Assembly: GCA_977017645.1 (NCBI GenBank)
Contig: OZ360219.1
Location: forward strand, 57,598,001-57,662,000
Reading direction: 5' to 3'
Length of the DNA: 64,000 bases
From: Torpedo marmorata
Lineage: Eukaryota
A model generated the notes under the pieces. It was not told the DNA's origin and ran no database searches. It worked only from the letters and a program-made list of their open reading frames with translations. Position numbers and translations under genes: made by a program. Of the stretch, positions 23,618 through 37,629 are shown piece by piece; the first letter of the stretch is position 1, and every line of letters starts with the position of its first letter.

Positions 23618-25233
23618 CTTACTTCTATACTGTTTTGAGAATTGAAGGAAGGTTGCAACAAATTAATTTTCATTTGCCATGCAAAGGAAAGAAGGCACCT
23701 TGCAAAGTGTAATTTTGTTAGTTTTGAAGTATAGTCATGGTTGTAATGTTGGAAATGCACATAAAGCTGCCACAGTCAACATTGTAACAATCTGCTGCTG
23801 GATGGATACATGTTTTGGCCAGTCAGCCTTCTTTGAATTGTCCCATAGGATATTTTAGACAGTCAGAGGAATATGGGGATTGTGCAGCAAAGCATTTCTG
23901 AGGCATTGGATTGGCCATGATTTTATTGAAAGTAAAAGCTCATGTGGCCTGCTTTTGCCCCTATTTCATGCACAAAAATGAAACGTATTTTGCACATGAA
24001 CCAAAACCCAGTTTACACTAGCCAATGTTCATTTTTAACAGAGCTGGGCAAGACCTAAACAAGTAGAGTACTACTTGGAAATGTCTCGAGCACTGAATGC
24101 TGAAGACTTTACCTTTGGGCTTTGGGACAGCCTGCAGCTAAAGGAAGGAGATAACCAATGCATGAATGCAGCGCATTTTCATTACTGCTGATGTATTGAG
24201 AGGATTAACCAAGGGTTCCTGTTAACTTCCTTAGTGATCACACTCTCCCCTCAACAATCACTGATCCTCCCACAGTTCCTGACCCTGTTCCAGACTCCAG
24301 CATATCTCTTCCCTCTCCTTCCAGCTCATGTAATACCTTATCTACCTCATTTTCTCTCTCCTTTCTCTCACTGAATCTCTGATTTCTCCTCAAACACCCC
24401 TCTCTCCTTCTAAGCTCTCTCCAATTACCCCCTCCCCCCATTCTCCCTGAATATTATTGGTGGATTCCAACCCAGCCCATAAAACTGCCGAGGACCCTGG
24501 ACCAAATATGCTACCATTGCCATTTGTCATTGGTTGTCCCCATTTCCAGGACCATGAAAAGGCTGTAACTATGCAAATAAACATCAATAGGGACGCATCA
24601 AAAAAATTAAAATATATATATATCCCTTAATTTACTGAAACTGACTACTGTATTCAAATTAATTAATACATGCTTTTATATATTCTCTACAACAAGACAG
24701 TGGAGATATTTATTTAAACTTATTTTCAGTATGTAAAATGGAGATATTCACTGAAAATACTTATTTTTTGCACCGTGATTTTCAGGCATAACAAAAAAAC
24801 TGCATAAAGTTACCACACTTACATATAACATGGCAAGTTTTCTATTTCAAAATAAATCCTTAAAGAATTACATTATAAAATTACTACACAGCAATGCATT
24901 TTATTTTTATGCAAGAAATCAGAGCAAAAGAACTGCTTCATCGAAGGATTTAAATTCAGTTCTTAATAAATGACAAGAAATAAAAGAACAATTTTGAGTC
25001 AAATGTGGGTCATTCAATGGATCATTGAATCAAGGGGTCAACATTGATCAAAGCTAAATCTCTCAGCCAAGAATTTTAAACTCATGTCATTGGAACAGTT
25101 TAGAGGATTCTGAGGATGCCATGCCTCGATGTGACAAACACCCATAGAAAGCTTTTATGCAGCCTGGTAACATGATAAAGGAAATTTAAATGCTCATCCT
25201 GTAATTTAAAATATATGATTTACTTCCATATAG

Positions 25234-25491
<258 letters not shown>

Positions 25492-28491
25492 ATAATTGTT
25501 TGCACTACTGATTAGTGTCCTGTGAAGTATCAAATATTGACAAAAAAGGATCATTCCTCAATGCTTTATTCCTGACAGGAATTTTTTGTATGAATTCCTT
25601 CACATTAAACACTATTATGTATGTTCTTTTAGTTATTAAAAGGTAAGATGAACAATTAAAAAGCAGGACAGATGTCCATAACAAAATATACTTGCCAACA
25701 AAAACACTTAAAGAACAGTAATCCAAATAGAGCACATTTTGTGCAAATTACTTCATCATTAAATCGATTTATCAAAGTATGATTAGTTTATAAGAATGCA
25801 TGTTTGCTTGTCTGAGAACATGTGAACTTTTATATTAAGCAAAGACTTTTAAATATCTATAACTTTTAATTTACCAGGAAGCTGACTACTGTACTTTAAT
25901 GTAACAAGTGAATGTTTCTGTACAGGTATTTTTAAAGCTATTTTCTGTAATATAAAATGAAGTTACTCACATGTTGGACCAGACTTTATTAAAATCATTT
26001 GGGTTCTTCCATATTGTTACATTCATTTATTTAACCCTCAGGCTGTTCTGACATTGTGAGTGCTTAAAAGACCCCCTGGAATGACAAGGTGTTCCTCATT
26101 GTTGGTGCACAGTGGGCTAGTCTGAGTGGAGCAAAAGCAACTTTTTCCAATTTGGTCGTAGGTTGTGGACATTGCTGACAATGCCAACATATATTATCCA
26201 TTCCTGAAAAGCATTTAAGAGTCAGCACATTTTGTTAGGTCTGACCAAATGGCAGATTTCCTCCCATAAAGGACATTAGTGCACCAGCTGTTTCCATTAC
26301 TGATTTTAATTTTTCCTTAAATCACAGACTTTTATTTCATTTCCTGAGTTTAAACCCCGCAGTTGCCATCATGGGATCTGACCTCATGTCTCCGGATAAA
26401 TGATCTAAACTCTATTAATTTTTCACTGTACATGCAATAAATGTTACAAATCTAAAACAAACCAAGGAGGCTGGAAAGGCACAGCAAACCATTTGTAAGT
26501 AAAAACTTTGAGCAATGGGTCTTGAATTTTTCTTTCTTTAACTGCCAATCACCCGCAGATGCTTTCTGGATTTCAAGAAAGACTTTTTTTCTCTGAATAA
26601 TAATTATTAGCATAAACCTTGTGAGTAGTTCTAAGTATAATGCCCTGAAATATATAGAACCAAGGTGCACAACAAACAATGCATGGGTTACATCCAGTCC
26701 TTAAGGATGTGTCTGCCTGTCCCCCATTCACAGCCATGCTTCTATTCTACACACGAGCTGCCACAACTGTAGGGTTGACAGCAGACGGTAGGAATTCCCA
26801 GAACAGTTCCAAGTTTAAAATGAGTGGCCACTGACCAAATGTGGGGAAGAGTGTGGAGATCAGGAGGAGCACTGTGGAAACTGCAGCTGAAGACCCAAGA
26901 TGAGAATTACTGCCATGCTGCTTGTCATATTTCTCAAGCTCGCTTGATGCTGAGTTTGATTCACTTGTGGCTGGGAAAGCTGATGAGTGTTAGCTGATGC
27001 AGTGTACCTGGTTGGAAAGTGGCTCATGCTATGTTTCTGATACAACCATAACATAAGATATCTTCACAACTATACTAGCAAGTAATTTGTTACTTTTCCT
27101 TTTGTTCAGGGTTCCCATATGCCTGGCCTCTGTGACTCCCAACTCTGGACCTTGTGGCTCAGACAGTCACAGAGCCCTGGCTGGAGAACTGATTGAGTCT
27201 AGGCCTTGTTTGACCCTCTAAGCAGAATGTCAGATCTTCCACTCAGGACAGTAGTGGTCAAGTACTTGTGCAAAGATAATCAGCATAGTGACATATCTCA
27301 GTGAGCAATCCCGGCAGTGAAGGATGAAATGCAGACCCTAACAATTTAACAGACTGAGCAATTTGGTTAGATCAATGGGTGGAAAGAACAATGGTCAAGC
27401 CGTGGTTGAAGTACTTGTTGCCATAGTATAGAAAGAGCATGATTACACTGGAGAGGGTGCAGATTATATTTATTTGGATGTGCCTGGGATGTTATGCGGA
27501 GAGACTGGATATGAAGCAGGAAAGACTGAATCAGGACCTGACAGAGTTATACAAAATTTTGTGAGGCATAGATAGGGTAGATTGTAAAGGTTTTCCCCAT
27601 GGAACAAGTATCTTAGACCAGGGGGCATAGGTTTAAGGTGAAAAGTAAGACATTGAGAGGGCATCCTAGGAAGTTAAAAAAAAACCTGATATCAATAGCA
27701 TGGAAATTATCGGAAAAAATTCTTAGAGGCAGGATTTATATTCACTTAGAGGAGTCAACATGACCTTGCTTAGGGAAATCCTGTCTCATAAATCTGATTG
27801 AGTCTTTTGAAGAGGTAACTGAGAAATTTGATGAAGGCAAGAGGGTGATGTGTTTTACATGGACTTTGGCGAAGCTTTTGAATGAGTCCTGCATGCCAAT
27901 TAAACACAAGCTCGGAATTGGGAAGGGTAGCAGACATTTGAGAAATGATTAGTTCCAAAAGGAGATTGACATGTAGGTGGAAATTATGGGGTTGAGTGGT
28001 GTTAGCAAATGTAAAAGAGAGCCAGACATCCTTGGATTCCCCTTGGCCTGCTTTTGCCAATTTCTGTTTGGGGATTAGGTCATGTCCTGCCCACAGTGCG
28101 AGACTATCAGTGCATGTACTGGTACATCCATGGGCAGTTATTGTAGGGGAGGCAGGATGAAAATTACTTTGTGGGCATGGTAAAGAGCTTCCAAGGGGCT
28201 GAATATTAAAATAGTTCAAATTTGCACAGCTGAGAAGAGAGTAATGTTAAAGTGTCAGTCCTGGAGGTTCAGTTATTCCCACATTCAGCTGGAAAACATC
28301 TGTTTGAGGTCCATAGGGTTGTACTGGCTGAACTTCTGGGGGAGGTCAGCACCCCGCCCAAACACACATCCTTGACTTGAGGATGCAACCAGATGATCAT
28401 CCTTTGGACCACCCAAAGAGAAATGGATTTCTGAAATCTGCCACTGCATCCCTTTTTTTCCAAATCCCTGCTGAAAATGTTGTCAACATTC

Positions 28492-30020
28492 TCAGAATCA
28501 GAATTTATTGTCATGAACAAGTCACAAAATTCATTGCTGTGCAGCAGCATCACAGTGCAAACATTCATATAAACCATCTTACAAAAATAAATTAAAAATA
28601 GTGCACAAAAAGTCAAAGTAAGGCAGCATCTTTGGTTCATTGATCATTCAGGAATCTGATGGCAGCGGGGAAGAAACTGTCCTTGTGCCATTGAGTGCTC
28701 GTCTTCAGGCTCCTGTACCTTTTTCCCGATGGTAGCAGAGTGAAGAGGGCATGGCCTGGGTGGTTGGGGTCCTTAAGGATAGAGGCTGATTTTTTAAGAC
28801 ACCGCATCCTGTAGATGTCCTCGATGGAGTGAAGTCTGGTGCCCGTGATGTCGCAGGCCGAGTTAACAACCTTCTGGAGATTTTTCTTGTCCTGAGCGTT
28901 GGCACCTCCGTACCAGACAGTGATGCAACCAGCCAGAATGCTCTCCACGGTACACCTGTAGAAGTTTACGAGAGTCTTTGGTGACATACCGAATTTCCTC
29001 AAACACCTCACAAAGTATAGCCGCTGGCGAGCCTTCTTCGTGATTGCATCGACATGGAGGCTCCAGGACAGATCTCGATGTTGACACCCAGGAATTTGAA
29101 GTTCTTGACCCTCTCCACTACTGAACCCTCGATGAGGACTGGATTGTGTTCTCCTGACTTCCTCCTGATGTCCACAATCATCTCCTTGGTTTTGCTAATG
29201 TTGAATGCAAGGTTGTTGGTGTGACACCACTCAACGACCTGACTATCTCCCTCCTGTACGCTTCCTCATTGCCGTTTGTGATTCTGCCGACAACTGTGGT
29301 GTCATCGGAAAATTTGTAGATAGCATTGGAATTTTGCGTGGCCACACAGTCATGGGTGTATAGTGAGTAGAGCAGTGGGCTAAGCATGCATCCTTGAGGT
29401 GCGCCTGTGTTGATAGTCAGCGAGTAGGAGACGTTTTTTCCAATTCGTACTGACTGTGGTCTTCCGATGAAGAAGTCCAGTTGCAGAGGGTGGTGCAGAG
29501 GCCTTTGGTTTGGAGCTTCTTGACCAGCGCTGAGGGAATAATGGTGTTGAAGGCTGAGCTGTAGTCTGTGAAGAGCAGCCTTATGTATGAGTTGCTGTTT
29601 TCGACGTGCTCCAGAGCTGAGTGGAGAGCCACTGATATTGCGTCTGCTGTGGAGCGATTGTGACGATAGGCAAATTGCAATGGGTCCAGACCTTTGCTTA
29701 GGTACATGTTAATTCTGGCCATGACCAGTCACTCAAAGCATTTCATCACAGTAGATGTTAGTGCTACTGGGCAATAGTCGTTGAGGCAGCTCACTCTGCT
29801 CTTCTTGGGCATCGGGATGTTGATGCCCTTTTGAAGCAGTTGGGAACGTCTGACTGCAGCAATGAGAGGTTGAAAATGTCCGTGAACACTCCGGCTAGTT
29901 GGTTGGCACAGATTTTCAATACCCTGCCAGGTATGCTGTCAGGACCTGACGCCTTGCGAGGGTTCATGCTCTTGAATGTTGTTCTGACGTCGGCCTCAGA
30001 GACAGATATCACAGGGTCTT
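28492..30020 (-). mobile_element. Rex1/Babar-clade LINE, 5'-truncated and frameshifted
   Basis: Fragments KASGPD, DPLQFAYR..RSTADA, DYSSAFNTI, FSDDTTVVG, HPGHALFTLLPSGKRYRS; 3' tail tgacaataaattctgattctga. Confidence 0.9.
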
Positions 30021-30382
30021 GCTGGCGAAATAAACAAAGTAAGGTATAAAGTATAAAATACTTAGAGCAAATTGGTTGGATTGAGAAAATGTTCCCAATT
30101 CTTTACATTCTGTATTCCTGTGACTCTCAAAAGGTTTTTATTTCATCCATTTGGAAATGTGTAAGGGAACAGAGATGATATATTTTTACCGTGACTCCTC
30201 CTGTGTATGGAAACCTTTTCACAAAGAGGCTTTAACTGCTTAATTGGAACATGACAATGCCTCTAATTGTCAATCTGGAACTAAATAGCCATAGCCATAA
30301 AAAGGAATGGGAGCATATTGGTATATTACTGGATAGGTTATTGGGAGGCCTCAATACATTGATGTGAAGTCATAAATTCAAA

Positions 30383-31200
30383 TTTCAAGATTCAAGATTC
30401 TTTTATTGTCACAAAATAAAACAGAAAAAATAATATTACACAAGATTTATTTTAGTTTACCGTAAGGCAGACAAAGATTCTCCATTAGCAGAAATTGTCC
30501 GGCGCCCCTTACAGTCAGAGAAAGAAAAGCAAAAGAGAGATCCCCCCAGAGTTACTGAGTGTCCATGGATTTGCCTCCAGTATCCTTGCTGCCTCCGCAG
30601 TCACACAGCCTTCAGTCCATACCATCAGCAACCCGCGCTCAAGATCCAAACCTCCGACATGATCAGGAAGCCCTTAGCGCCCTCAGCACCCTCTCACACC
30701 TTGTTTTCGATATCTTCAGTCAGTCTCGAACCAGACTCCAGCATTCTGCATCCTGGTGCAAGTCCCTTGACTGTAGTCGCCAGCAGCCCGCAGCCTACGA
30801 GGGTTCCTCGCGTCAAGTCACCAACAGTTTGCTGCTTATGTGTTCTTCAGCCTCAAAGCCCCTCACTGGTCCACCACCGTGGTCACTGAGGACATCTCTG
30901 CTTCTCCTTCTCAAACAGGGGGTGGTCTCCCTGCTTTCTGGTGCCCTGTGCCAGTCCTCTGCTTCCCCAGAGTCTGCCGCTGCCGTACATAGGCGCCGTC
31001 ATCTTGGGCCCAGACCCCGTGGCCATAGGATTTCAAAATAAACTACCGTCGGCTCCTTTAACAGGCTGTTTAAAGCCTGTACAGAGCCAACGGCAGTCGG
31101 ACTGGGCGGTTGGATGCCAAGGGGAGCGCTGTGTCTTCACTCCCTGCTCTCTGCGGGTCCGCACCAGCGGCAGCGCTGCTGTTACAGCAGCTCGGGTTGT
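30383..31200 (-). mobile_element. Non-coding ~0.8-kb interspersed repeat, copy 2
   Basis: Reverse-strand homologue of 3889-4725; tail tgacaataaaagaatcttgaatcttgaa. Confidence 0.75.
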
Positions 31201-31280
31201 AGAATTTAAATTCTGATAATGAAATAAATCTATTTTTGAGCATGAAACCAGTTTATAAAAAAACAACTGGTTCACTAATA

Positions 31281-31696
31281 CAGGTTGTACCTCTCTTACC
31301 CGGCGCTCTGTGGTCCGGAAACTCCCATGGTCCGGCACGTTTGAATCTGCCGCCGTTAGTACAAACTCATTACAGACAGCGCGGGACTCGAACCCAGGTC
31401 CCGATCGCTGGCGCTGTAAAGGTTGAATCTGCCACGATCGGGATAGGGGCTCGAGTCCCACGCAGTCTGTAAGGAGTTTGTACTATCGTCCCGATCGCTG
31501 GCGCTGTAAAGGTGTTGCGCTAACCGCTACGCTAATCGTGCCGCCCCACAGTATTATTTCCTGTTTTAAGCTTTGTTCTACCTTTGACATGTTTACATCG
31601 GGGGTTCCCTTCGGGGTCAATTTCTGTTTTACGGCATTTTCTGTGGTCCGGCAATGGCCAGGTCCCAATGTCGCCCGATTATAGTGGTACAACCTG
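31281..31696. mobile_element. Tc1/mariner-type MITE containing a rearranged SINE
   Basis: TIRs caggttgtacc / ggtacaacctg flanked by TA; internal SINE-derived pieces at about 31359-31547. Confidence 0.8.
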
Positions 31697-32151
31697 TATT
31701 TCTTTTGGGAAGGAAATTTGTTGGCTTTAGCCAGGGCAGTAGGTAATTTGACATCTATTGCAATGTGTTTGACTTTGTGTCAGAGCTATGAATATGAATA
31801 AAACCAAATGTCAGTTTGTCTTACAAAGTTCTCCCCACAAATAGGCACTGATCTTTTGCCAGAATTGTGAGAGTCTTCCCATGGATTTGTGAAGCAACAA
31901 GCAGATTGATTCTGTATGAATGACTCTATGTCCAAGACTCCCCTATCTCCGTGCTGTCCTACTGGCATGGATGATAATGATAATGAGTTTATTGTCATAC
32001 ACATTGTTCAATGTACATATGCACTGAAATTCTTACTTGCTGCAGCTCAACAGTAATTGTGATAAAACAACTACAAAATCAACTAAAAACAACTACAATA
32101 GAACACTTATTTGAATTAAAAAGAGATAATAAATACAATAAAAGATAGATA

Positions 32152-32371
32152 CAGTAAAACCCCTGTTATCCAGAATTCAATCTTACGGCAATCTCAAGTA
32201 ACCGGTAAAAATCTGATGGAAAGTAAATAGGTAAAAAATATGGAAGTTTAAAATTGACGCGCCTCGCTGTTAGTTCGCCAATCACACAACAGACAATCTC
32301 AGGCAACCAGAAAATTCGCTTATCCGGCATCTACCAATCCCCATAGGTGCCGGATACCAGGAGATTTACTG
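32152..32371. mobile_element. pogo/Tigger-like MITE inside an old Rex 3' fragment (about 31975-32635)
   Basis: Imperfect TIRs cagtaaaacccctgttatcc / ggataccaggagatttactg, TA on both sides. Confidence 0.75.
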
Positions 32372-33144
32372 TAATAACTATTCACAGTTATCGTCATGCA
32401 AAATGTGACTTAGCAATAGTGCAGACAATCCTTTTGTGGTGTTGGAGCAGTTCCCGATTAGTGTAACAAGGGGAGGTTCATGAGCCTGACAGCTGTTGGA
32501 AAGAACCTAAAGGTGCTGGTCTTCAGGCTTCTGTACCTTCTGCCCGAAGGTAGCAGTGAGAAGAGGTTGTTACCAGGGTGATAGGGTTATTTAATATGTT
32601 GGCTGACTTCTTGAGCCAGCACCTTGCATAGATGCATTCCAGAAAAGTAACAACTAGACTAGGTCAAAAAAAGTCTGATGCAGGACTCTGGAAGAGTTTT
32701 TTTGTTGAGGGTAACTTATCATCAGGTTCCTACTGGGCACTCAACCTGAGGATAATGAATGTAAAGACATAATCCCATTTCATAGACAAGAGCAAATCAA
32801 CCCTGTCAATATTTATTATCGAAGGTTAACACAGATGGACCAGGAAGAAGTGAAATAAAATGGATCCATTCTTGCCAACCTCTTTGTGTTTCTCTTGATG
32901 ACTGTATTTCTTGTACACTAATTGTGAGCAGGACTGACCTGCACTTTGTACAAAACAGGATAAATCTTGGAAATGTGGAGTACAAAAGAATGGAAGTTAC
33001 CATACCTTTATAAACCCTGGTTAGGCCTGAGTTTGAGTATTGTATATAGTATTACGCAGCATGTTTTAAGTTGTTAATGATATGGGGAGGATCCCAAACA
33101 AATTCAGTGGAAAGTTGAGAGAGATGAGGGAATTTAGTTATGTC

Positions 33145-33812
33145 TTTTCTTTTTAAAATATTTTTATTGAGTTTCAACAATAAACATGTATACAGAGTAA
33201 CAGAATTAAGAAAAACATTCAAAAAATCAGCTGGTATTCATACATGTATATATAAAAAAAAACTAAGTAAATCGTCGTAACTAAATTTGAATATAGGTTA
33301 AAACTCTAGTTCCGTATAATTATCTTAAAAAAAACAATTGAAAATAAAATAAAAAGAAAGAAAAAAAGACAAAAAAACACTAATAACTAATCTATTCTAA
33401 CCCCTCCCTCTAACAAGGTTACCTTGATGTTGGAAAAAAGGAAGGAAAAGAACAAAAAAAAAGGATATGGATCCTGTAGCGACCTCAAAGCATCGGACAG
33501 AGAGTCCTCGGGATAGTCAGTTTTGTTAATTCTTCCAATCATGATAGTATTCAATGAATGGCCCCCAGATCTTTAAAAGTTGAAACTTTCTATCTTTAAT
33601 ATTATATCTAATTTTCTCCAAACTCAGAAAGGACATTACATCTAGTAACCACTGTCTATGTGTCGGTGACAACTCATCTGTCCATTTCAATAAAATTGCT
33701 CGTCTGGCAATCAACGTGGAAAAAGCTAAAACTTTTTCCTGTGATACAGACAAAGGTATGTTAAGTTCATGTGAACAACCAAACAGAGCAATTATAGGAC
33801 ATGGTTCAAAAA
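33145..33812 (-). mobile_element. L1 3' fragment of a second L1 family
   Basis: ORF 33526..33753 (ARRAILLKW...LEKIRY...KIWGPF) followed by 3' UTR and aataaaaatatttt poly(A) end. Confidence 0.8.
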
Positions 33813-33874
33813 AATGAAATGAAGCAGTGATTTTCCCTTTAGAGCAAAGGCTAAGAAAGGATAAATGAGGTTAA

Positions 33875-34060
33875 ACAAGAAAGTCTGCAGTTTCTGTGAC
33901 TGTAGATCAATACACAAAAGTGCTAGAGAAACTCAACAGGTCACGCAGCGTTCTTTATGTAGCAAAGACATGTAACCAACGTTTCGGGCCTGAGTCCTTC
34001 ATCAAGGTATGAGCAAAAAACAGGCAGGCACCTGAATAAAATGTTGGGGGAGGGGCAGGG
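33875..34060 (-). mobile_element. Penelope-like terminal repeat fragment with a hammerhead-like core
   Basis: Minus strand ttgatga-aggactcaggccc-gaaac-gt at 33978-34006 within gctgcgtgacctgttgagtttctc context. Confidence 0.55.
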
Positions 34061-34222
34061 GGAGGAGCACAGGCCCACAGGTTAGAGGTCATATGGGGAG
34101 GGGGGGAGGTAGAGCAGGAGAAAAAATGTGGGAAGTGGTAGGGGGCGGGTATAGCTCTCTGAATGGAGAGGCAAGGGGGTGATTCAACACTGCTAACTGG
34201 ATGGTTTCATGGCAATAGATCA

Positions 34223-34890
34223 AGATCAAGATTCAAGATCAAGATTCAAGTTATTGTCATGTAATAAAAACAGTGCAATATTACACGAAATTGCTTTTGC
34301 CTGCTGTAAGGCAGACATTCGCCATCGGCAGAAATTGCCTGAAGCGCCTCTTCCAATCAGAGAAAGAAAAGCAAAAGAGAGTCACCGAGTGTCCATAGAT
34401 TCGCCTCCAGCGCTTCCTCAGCCTCCGCAGCCATACAGAGTCCAGTCCAAACCATCGGCAACCCGAGCTCCAGATCTGAACCTCTGACACGGTCAGGAAC
34501 CCTTCAGCGCCTTCGGCACCCCCTCGCATTCCAGTTCTGATACCTGGTACCCCTTCAGCCAGTTTCGAGCCAGTCTCCAGCAGTCCGCAGCCCGGTGCGA
34601 GTCCCTGACAGCAGTCTTCAGCAGCCCACAACCTCCGTGGGTTCCCCACCTCGAGTCGCCAGCAGCCCACCGCATGCATGGGTCTTTCAGCCGCCGAGCC
34701 CCCTCGATGGTCCGCCGCCGTGGCCACCATCCCATGGGTCATCTCCTCTGCTTCTCCTTCTCAAACGGGGGGTGATCTCCCTGTTTTCTAGTGCCCTGCG
34801 CCAGTCCTCCGCTCCCCTGGAGTCTGCAACCCCTTGTGGCTGCTGCCGATCATAAGCGCCACCATCTTGGGCGCAGACCCCGCGGTCGCA
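34223..34890 (-). mobile_element. Non-coding interspersed repeat, copy 3 (5'-truncated)
   Basis: Homologue of 3889-4725; tail tgacaataacttgaatcttgatcttgaatcttgatcttgat. Confidence 0.75.
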
Positions 34891-35895
34891 TTCTCAGTGT
34901 ACATCTATAGATTTAGCTAAATTACTATTAGCTAAATCATAAATAGACTTATTCTCCTTTGTGGAATGGTGTTAATGCAATGACATTAATGTTAACTGTA
35001 ACAAGGAAAAAAGTGAGATTGGTGGCTTTTCATTCAAGAACAGAACAATTACCAACTTGCCTTTATTTATTTCCAAACACCTTTCTCATGTAACTAATGC
35101 AAAATGTCCAATAGCATGCAGCAAGTTTCAGGAAAAATAGACATGTATATCATGAGATTGTCAAGGTAACTAATTGTTTATCAGTCAAAGTTACTTATGT
35201 GATCATTTATTATTTTATCACTTCCAGTGGAAAAACATCAAACATTTCCTGTTATTCTTATAATCTTTACCCTGAATGAATTAACAAGAACTCAGCAGTT
35301 AACATCAATATTATGACTTGTCCTTTCCACTGGAACAATCAAGTTGTTTGAGTTGTCGGATTAGAATATTGACCCAACTTTTTTACCTTCCTTTTTTATT
35401 GGGACAATTTATTGTTTACAAAGTGTAACCTCAAAGAAAGAATGTTATCTCTTTCACAGCATTGAGAGGTCACAGTGCATCTTGCAGCTAAAAATAAATA
35501 TGGAAATAGTTTCCTTAGGATTGAAGATTATTTACTTTCACTCAGGTTCGTGGGTTCTTAAGTGGCTGATGATGTTGTTGTGAGATCTGGTGGTATGTCT
35601 CCATTATGTAAGAAATCTTACAAGAGAATACTCTCCACTAGCAGCTCCAACAACTTCCAAGAAGCTCAACAACATCCAAGACAAAGCTTGATTTGTTCAC
35701 TGCTCAAAAAAAGTCATTTGTTCCATAACGGACTCTTGGTGTACCAATGACAAAATGCACTGCAGTTACTTACTCAGACAACTCTTGTAATACCTCCTAA
35801 ACCTGCAACACCTACCACCAAGAGAGGGATGGATTTTAGTGCATGCAGCAATACCAATGTGCCACCGTCTTCGGCTGGAAATACATCTCTTTTCC

Positions 35896-36941
35896 TGGAG
35901 CACCACAGGGCTGTGTTCTTAGCCCCCTGCTCTACTCACTTTACACCTACGACTGTGTAGCTCGGTATGACAATAACACCATCTATAAATTTGCCGACGA
36001 TACCACGGTAGTGGGTTGTATAAAAGAAGGGGATGAGTCAGCATACAGGATGGAGATTGAAAACTTGGCTGAATGGTGCACCAACAACAACCTTGCACTC
36101 AATGTCACCAAAACTAAGGAGCTGATTGTTGACTTCAGGAAAGGAAAGCCAGAGGTATACAATCCAGTGATCATTGGGGGATCAGAGGTGGAGAGGGTGA
36201 GCAAATTTAGGTTTTTTGGGAGTCACTATCTCGGAGGATCTTTCCTGGACCCAACACACCAATGGCAGCGTGAAGAAAGCACGTCAGCGCCTCTACTTCC
36301 TCAGGAGTTTGCGGAGGTTTGGTATGACACCAGAAACCGTGGCAAATTTCCACAGAGGTGTGGTGGAAAGTGTGCTGGCCGGCTGCATCACGGTCTGGTA
36401 TGGGAACACCAATACCCCTGAGTGTAAAGCCCTCCAAAAAGTAGAGGACACAGCCCAGGACATTACAGGCAAAACGCTCCCCACTATTGAGTACATCTAC
36501 GGGGAACGCTGCCGTCAGAGGGCAGCAGCAATCATCGAAGACCCACACCACCTAGCACACGCTCTGTTCTCGCTGCTGCCATCAGGAAAGAGGTATAGGT
36601 GCCACAAGACTCGCATCACCAGGTTCAGGAACAGCTGCTACCCCTCTACCATCAGAATCCTCAACGACAAAGTCAATCAGAGACTCACTTAAGCACTCTT
36701 ACTTGTGCACTTTATTAATTTTCTTTGTTCTCTCTGTATTGCACAGTCAGTTTGTTTGCATTCGTTATCTGTTTACAGTTCTTTTATTTGTTTACATGTT
36801 TACACTGTGTACAGTTTATTTTGTGCACTACCAATTAGTGGTAATTCTGCCGCTCCCGCAGGAAAAAAGAATCTCAGGGTTGTAGGTGATGTCATGTATG
36901 TACTCTGACAATAAATCTGAAATCTGAAATCTGAATCTGAA
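35896..36941 (+). mobile_element. Rex1/Babar-clade LINE, 5'-truncated
   Basis: GAPQGCVLSPLLY, FADDTTVVG, KTKEL, KARQRLYFLR, LLPSGKRYR; one frameshift near 36215; tail tgacaataaa(tctgaaa)n. Confidence 0.92.
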
Positions 36942-37216
36942 TCCCCAAAAGCACTACAGAAGTATTTTCACTGGAGATTTAAAAATAGTGGCTCATGAGC
37001 ATTTTCTTAAGGCAGTAATTGTTGGCCTGTTCCCCAAGAACTTTTGAAGGTGGCCATTGTCTCTGAAGCATACAGGAGTGGGGTGATCATATTCGCCCAG
37101 TGGACACAAGCTTAGTTCAGGAAAAAGGCTGCAATTTTTAACACTCTTTACTTCAGACAGCCAAAGGCTGCAATGATACAATGGAGTCAGTGGTGAATTA
37201 TATCATTGATATCTGC

Positions 37217-37629
37217 TGTAAGGGTTAAAATGACATGCAAACATATTTTTTGCAAGAAACCAGCCAGCGAATATTGTTTACAAATTATTTGAGTGTCTCC
37301 ATAGTAACAGTCTTTGAGCCAAGGTTACAGCTGGGTTTTCGACCATCTTAGAGAGATTGTTTAGTTTTGAATTTTGCTTTTGTACTGTTTAGAACCAGTG
37401 GAACATGGATACAGTCCAGATAATTCTTTGACCGTTCTTTTGAACGTATTAACATTTTATTGTCTGTTTTAAGTAAAGTTTAATTGTTTTATCAAAGTTC
37501 TTAATGCATAAACTTCTAATAAACAGTGAAAAACTCAATGCTATTTTAGAATGGACTTTTCTTTTAACGAGTCAAAACAATGGCGTCTCCATGTTGTCCA
37601 AGTGATTATAAAGAAAAATAGTCGCAATA
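37217..37629 (+). repeat. 5' LTR of BEL element
   Basis: Starts tgtaagggtt, ends gtcgcaata; aataaa at 37518-37523. Confidence 0.93.

Noticed and set aside
25492-26445. End of the GASK1B 3' UTR
   Set aside because: Several candidate signals (attaaa near 25988, aataaa at 26436) cannot be ranked without transcript data.
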